Source: Candidatus Heimdallarchaeota archaeon
GTDB taxonomy: Archaea; Asgardarchaeota; Heimdallarchaeia; Heimdallarchaeales; Heimdallarchaeaceae
Length of the DNA stretch: 32,000 nt
Assembly: GCA_030668875.1 (NCBI GenBank)
Contig: DAOVER010000011.1
Coordinates: 47,426 to 79,425, forward strand
Direction of reading: 5' to 3'
Below are positions 27,846-32,000 of the stretch, one piece after another. Under the pieces are notes generated by a model. It did not search any database. It had not been told where the DNA came from and saw only the letters and a list, made by a program, of their open reading frames with translations. Within the stretch, counting starts at the first letter, position 1; every line of letters starts with the position of its first letter. Position numbers and translations under genes: made by a program.

Positions 27846-28493
27846 ATGCTTCATCTACCCACTCCCCGAAGAGAAGAATGTTTCTCAGCATATTCTCATA
27901 CAGCTGCTTTTTTTGTTGCAATAACTGGTGTCATTTTTCTCTTACTGAAAACTACTTCTTCTTCAGAAAATGTAGGTGTAATAGTGCCTTATTGCTTTTT
28001 TTTGTGTTTCCTTTTTGCAGCTAGTGCGCTTTATCATACTTTCAAAAAAGAGGATAAAGAACAATCATTTTGGAGAAAGATGGATCATGTTGCGATTTTT
28101 TATATGATTGCAGGGACTTATACTCCACTTGTTTATATCTATTTAGAAGCTCCTTGGAAGTGGATAATCATTGGTTTACAATGGGCTTTTGCACTATTAG
28201 GAACAGTACTAAAACTCGTCACAGTCAAACTTCCCAGTTGGCCAGATGCGATAATATATCTAATCATGGGGTGGATGATTATAATTCAAATAGGACAATT
28301 ACTCATTGTTCTCCCGTTATCATCGTTTATTGTATTATTCATCGGAGGAATGTCTTACACAATTGGAGCAGTTTTCTTTGCTTTGAATAAACAAAAACCT
28401 TTTCCAGGCGTCTTTGTTTTTCATGACATTTTTCATGTATTTATCATAATAGGGGCAGCTTGTCACTATTTCATCATCTATATAGCAGTTTGA
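27846..28493 (+). CDS. Hemolysin III / PAQR family membrane protein
   Basis: SAYSH, SALYH, RKMDHVAIFYMIAGTYTP and HDIFHVF...H motifs. Confidence 0.9.
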   Translation: MLHLPTPRREECFSAYSHTAAFFVAITGVIFLLLKTTSSSENVGVIVPYCFFLCFLFAASALYHTFKKEDKEQSFWRKMDHVAIFYMIAGTYTPLVYIYLEAPWKWIIIGLQWAFALLGTVLKLVTVKLPSWPDAIIYLIMGWMIIIQIGQLLIVLPLSSFIVLFIGGMSYTIGAVFFALNKQKPFPGVFVFHDIFHVFIIIGAACHYFIIYIAV

Positions 28494-28628
28494 AACTCTA
28501 ATGACATTTTTAAGGGAGTTTAAAGAACTGTTCTTTTTCTGTTTTATTGCGGATAATTAGACTAGGAGATAGCAAAAAGATAAATTCCACCGAGACAATA
28601 TATAAGTACAATCTCTGTAGGGGATATC

Positions 28629-29555
28629 TTGAGTTTCAAATCTGATATCAGACAAAAAGTGGAGTATCTATGCAATAACTGTAATAAGGTGAGGATTTTG
28701 TTCATTTCACCCTCTCTGCAGAGTGATCAAATTGCAGAAACAGGTTATCAAGAATATATTGATGTACATTACTGTAAAGATGACCATCTAAATGCAATAA
28801 AACTATACGTTGATTCTCATTATAATGTCAGATCACAAGTAACCATTGAAGCATCAAAGAACAAAGAAGAAGCAGAGATCAAAGAACTGCAAGGATTTGC
28901 AATCCCTGTTCCTAAAGCATCGAAATTTACTCAATATTCTATAAAATCTACTAAAGATTTTGGCTCTTATAATTTGAAATATCTAAGAATCAAGGATAAA
29001 TTCCGTCAAACTGATTATCTAATTGAAGGTTCTAAAGTAGGAGAAAAAGTTGAATCGTTTTCAGATTTAGAGTTTATTGAAATCGAAGCAAACATATCAA
29101 ATGATTTGGAATCAGAACAAGTAAAGATTTGGTTAACCAGTCTGGCAAATTCTTTAGAAACATTAGTTCTTCTGGATGAAGATCTTCTCAAGTATATTGG
29201 AACATATCTTGATCAGATAATAACTGAAAAACCCATGGATAAAGAGATGTTAGAATTAGATCTACTTCTAAATTCAACAATTGCTATACCCCACACTAAT
29301 CAATCAAATATTGATATCTTTGAAAAACACAAAAATGAAATTTTCTATGAATTATCAAATATGTCTTATAGAATCCACAAACGCATTCTGACTGCTTGTC
29401 TGGGAAATGAACAGAAAACAATAAAGCAAATTTATAACGAGGTAAAGAAAGAGATGATACAAGTGCAAGCTTTTCCATTTTTCTTATCTGTAATGAGTAC
29501 ATTAGTTACTTTTGGTTTTATTAATCTTGAAAAATTAGAATTTTATACTGTCTGA
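28629..29555 (+). CDS. Hypothetical protein with N-terminal CxxC...HxC putative Zn site
   Basis: 308-aa ORF with CNNC and DVHYC. TATA-like element 23 nt upstream of the TTG start. Confidence 0.7.
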   Translation: MSFKSDIRQKVEYLCNNCNKVRILFISPSLQSDQIAETGYQEYIDVHYCKDDHLNAIKLYVDSHYNVRSQVTIEASKNKEEAEIKELQGFAIPVPKASKFTQYSIKSTKDFGSYNLKYLRIKDKFRQTDYLIEGSKVGEKVESFSDLEFIEIEANISNDLESEQVKIWLTSLANSLETLVLLDEDLLKYIGTYLDQIITEKPMDKEMLELDLLLNSTIAIPHTNQSNIDIFEKHKNEIFYELSNMSYRIHKRILTACLGNEQKTIKQIYNEVKKEMIQVQAFPFFLSVMSTLVTFGFINLEKLEFYTV

Positions 29556-29722
29556 CAACAACGAATCTTCTGATAGAAGCTAAGAATTGAACAGAAGTTG
29601 CCTGTTTTATTAGAGAAAAGGAGTTTTTTCCCTTCTTCCTTTTAAACTTTCTACCGACAATATATATAGAGAGACGTTTTAATGATATTTAGATTTCATC
29701 ATCATACATTGAGAGTGGAAGC

Positions 29723-30022
29723 TTGAGTAACAATAATGGCGCATGGGAAGCATTACAAAACATAGCTAGAAAAGAGAAAGAGCAAGCTTTGAAGAAATAT
29801 ACTAAAATCTCTGAATTGATAAGTGAGTTTGGGGAGGAAATCCCTAAAGAAAAGGTTCTAACCTATCTAGGTTTCAAATCTATTGATGAGATGATAGACT
29901 GGGAATTGGATTGGTTACCAAGGAGAGAACTTAATGTCAAATTCGAATATCAAGAAAAGAAGATAATAATAATAAAAGATGCCTTCGAAGATGAAGATTT
30001 AGACATTTACGAATTCTTCTAG
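29723..30022 (+). CDS. Small hypothetical protein, possibly winged-helix/PCI-like
   Basis: 99-aa ORF with its own TATA-like element. The pattern IPKEKVLTYLGFKSIDEMIDW...FEYQEKKIII resembles a winged helix (weak). Confidence 0.55.
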   Translation: MSNNNGAWEALQNIARKEKEQALKKYTKISELISEFGEEIPKEKVLTYLGFKSIDEMIDWELDWLPRRELNVKFEYQEKKIIIIKDAFEDEDLDIYEFF

Positions 30023-31117
30023 ACCTTCTTCTAACCTTTGAAGTCCCTTCAGCAGGTATTCTTTCTCTGAGCCTATACCTAGCCGTAGGTAATTATCCAT
30101 TCCAAAACAATCCCCAGCAACGATAAGCAGACTCTTTTCTTTTCTTAATCTTTCAGTGAGAATAGTTGAATTCATATCAAAATGGTAACGAACAAAAGAC
30201 ATAGCACCAGCTTCTTGAGGAATGAAGTCAAATAGATGTTTACGCTTATCCAACCAGTTTTGAAATACTGAAAGATTCTCATTTAACATTTTTCTATTTC
30301 TAGTAAGAATCTTTTGTCTTGTGTTAGGTTCTAAAGCCCAAGTAGCTATCTGTTGGCTTATAACACTAGGAGAAATGGTAGTATAATCATGATAAGACCA
30401 AACTTTCTCCGCTATTTCTTCAGGAGCTACTAACCAGCCCATTCTAATTCCTGGAAGACTATACGCTTTTGATAAACCACCAACTGCGATAGTTTTGTCG
30501 TATTTTCCATAGAAAGAAGTGATTTCTTTTCCATCTAGCTCAGCTCCTCTGTAAACTTCATCAGATAAGATCCAAGCTGATGATTCATTAGCAATGTCAA
30601 TTAGTTCTTCCATGTTAGAGTTAGTCATAATTGAACCAGTGGGATTATTGGGATTACAAACTGCTATCATTTTGGTTTTAGGAGATATTAGTTTTTGAAT
30701 TTCATCCATATCTGGTTGCCATTGAAGTTCCTCTTTCAGGTGAAATGGTTTGACATTTACCCCAAAAGATCGAGCTATTCCCCAGATTTGCATGTAGTTG
30801 GGCAACATAAGTACCAGCTCATCATTAGGATTAAGATTAATCCATATAGAAACAAAGTTTGCCTCAGCTGAACCATTCGTGGTAAAGATATTATCTTGGG
30901 AAGCATCAGGATAAAGTTTAGAGATAGAATCTCGAAGCTCAATTGAACCATTAGTTTGCCCATAACCTAATCTCAAATTAAGTAATCGCTCAATTTGTGA
31001 ATCGTCTAGCAATTCAGAGATTGTGAAAGGATGAATACCACTCTCTGTCAAATTATACTCTACAGTATTTTCCCAGAGAGATTGTCTTCTCTCTAATTCA
31101 AAGGTATCAATTTTCAT
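29999..31117 (-). CDS. PLP-dependent aminotransferase class I/II
   Basis: NPNNPTG, SDEVY and LSKAYSLPGIRMGW with the Schiff-base Lys intact. Confidence 0.92.
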   Translation of the reverse strand: MKIDTFELERRQSLWENTVEYNLTESGIHPFTISELLDDSQIERLLNLRLGYGQTNGSIELRDSISKLYPDASQDNIFTTNGSAEANFVSIWINLNPNDELVLMLPNYMQIWGIARSFGVNVKPFHLKEELQWQPDMDEIQKLISPKTKMIAVCNPNNPTGSIMTNSNMEELIDIANESSAWILSDEVYRGAELDGKEITSFYGKYDKTIAVGGLSKAYSLPGIRMGWLVAPEEIAEKVWSYHDYTTISPSVISQQIATWALEPNTRQKILTRNRKMLNENLSVFQNWLDKRKHLFDFIPQEAGAMSFVRYHFDMNSTILTERLRKEKSLLIVAGDCFGMDNYLRLGIGSEKEYLLKGLQRLEEGLEEFVNV

Positions 31118-31404
31118 TTCATTTTCAAGTTCTGTATTTTATTTAAAAACTTTAGTAGTTCAAAGGTTTATTCACTATTACTAGCTTATTTGCTTCTTAG
31201 GCTTTAAATACTGCAACTGATCTTTGAATTGTTGTAAAATTGTTGCAGAAAATATTTTAGCGATATTTGATGTAGTTTGCAGTTCTTAGTATTCACACAA
31301 CAAAGGAAAGATGAAATGAAAAAAACAATAATCTCAACATATGTCGCACGTAGAACTTCGTATGATTCTTATAATTAGTTAGAATAAGTATGTTTTGAGA
31401 CAAC

Positions 31405-31917
31405 ATGGCTAAAAAGGTGAAAAAAATGAAAAGTGCAAAAAACAAACAAAAAACAAGAATAAGTTTTTCGTTACTAATTGTAGCTTCATTGCTATTCCTA
31501 ACAATTAGTTCTTCAATTCAGGTAAGTGCAGCGAATCCTAAACAAAGAATATCTCATAACATGATATATGATTCAGTAAATGATAGAATTATCATGTATG
31601 GAGGATTAACAGCTACTGGAGAATCTTACAGAGTATTTGATACTTGGTCATATTACTATGATACAAATGAATGGACACAGCTAATTACAGATAACAACCC
31701 TTACGCTTCAAATGCGAAAATAGCATATGATTCAGAATCAGAGAAGATTATTTCTTTTGGTGGATCTCATGCAGATCATGTAGAATCAAACCAAACTTGG
31801 ATTTATGACTTCAATGATAATACTTGGACTCAATCTATTCCTTCTAATGTCCCTATAATTAGTACTTCCGAATTACCGCAAAATTTTAGGGTAAAAGTGC
31901 CGACAATAATCTTATGA
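31405..31917 (+). pseudogene. Secreted Kelch-repeat protein, probably truncated by an insertion
   Basis: Signal-like hydrophobic segment and two Kelch blades (YDSVNDRIIMYGG...DTWSY...W, YDSESEKIISFGG...QTWIYD...W). The repeat pattern breaks after NVP at about 31855. Confidence 0.6.
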
Positions 31918-32000
31918 AAGTAAAACTCATGAAAAGTTTACAGAATATTATCCAGCAACTTAGACCCTGTAAAGACTCAGTGAGAACTGCTTTAAAAATG
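31860..32000 (+). mobile_element. Putative left end of an insertion sequence with a partial ORF from 31914
   Basis: Kelch periodicity is lost at TAGTACTTCCGAATT. A new ORF MKVKLMKSLQNIIQQLRPCKDSVRTALKM stays open to the window end. No transposase motif is visible. Confidence 0.4.

Noticed and set aside
27846-28493. Hemolysin III as a toxin
   Set aside because: The family name is historical. The His motifs fit PAQR lipid hydrolase/receptor-like proteins, which are widespread.
131-30963. Many 60-135 aa ORFs antisense to or nested in long genes (e.g. 8214..8618, 18606..18980, 6032..6340, 26908..27210)
   Set aside because: Shadow ORFs of well-supported genes, with no motifs.
31170-31285. Minus-strand protein-like stretch ELQTTSNIAKIFSATILQQFKDQLQYLKPKKQIS and CTGCAAC/GTTGCAG inverted repeat
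   Set aside because: In-frame stop directly upstream, no start codon and no recognisable homology. A gene remnant cannot be supported.

Overview
AT-rich archaeal chromosomal window with archaeal TTTATA promoters, GGTGA ribosome-binding sites and oligo-T terminators. Longin-like, TPR-longin and stand-alone 7TM proteins point to an Asgard archaeon, possibly Heimdallarchaeia (inference). Contents in order: a CoA-disulfide/persulfide reductase with a rhodanese domain; a complete group 3b [NiFe]-hydrogenase operon (hydB-G-D-A plus maturation protease); a GPH-family MFS transporter; an ECF transporter (S, A-A', T); a small secreted Cys/QDG-repeat protein; a threonine-synthase-fold protein lacking the PLP lysine and fused to a winged HTH; a longin plus 7TM gene pair; an acyl-CoA ligase; an iron-sulfur flavoprotein; a ferritin-like protein; a lactate permease; a GH38 mannosidase; two genes sharing a helical N-terminal domain (HhH and TPR-longin outputs); several hypothetical proteins; a PAQR/HlyIII protein; a class I/II aminotransferase; and a secreted Kelch protein apparently interrupted by an IS at the window edge. 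No rRNA, tRNA or CRISPR array was seen. Best leads: the PLP-fold pseudoenzyme-wHTH regulator, the longin-7TM module, the Cys-rich secreted repeat protein, and the hydrogenase with an Asp-substituted proximal cluster beside a persulfide reductase. All family calls come from motif recognition only; no searches were run.
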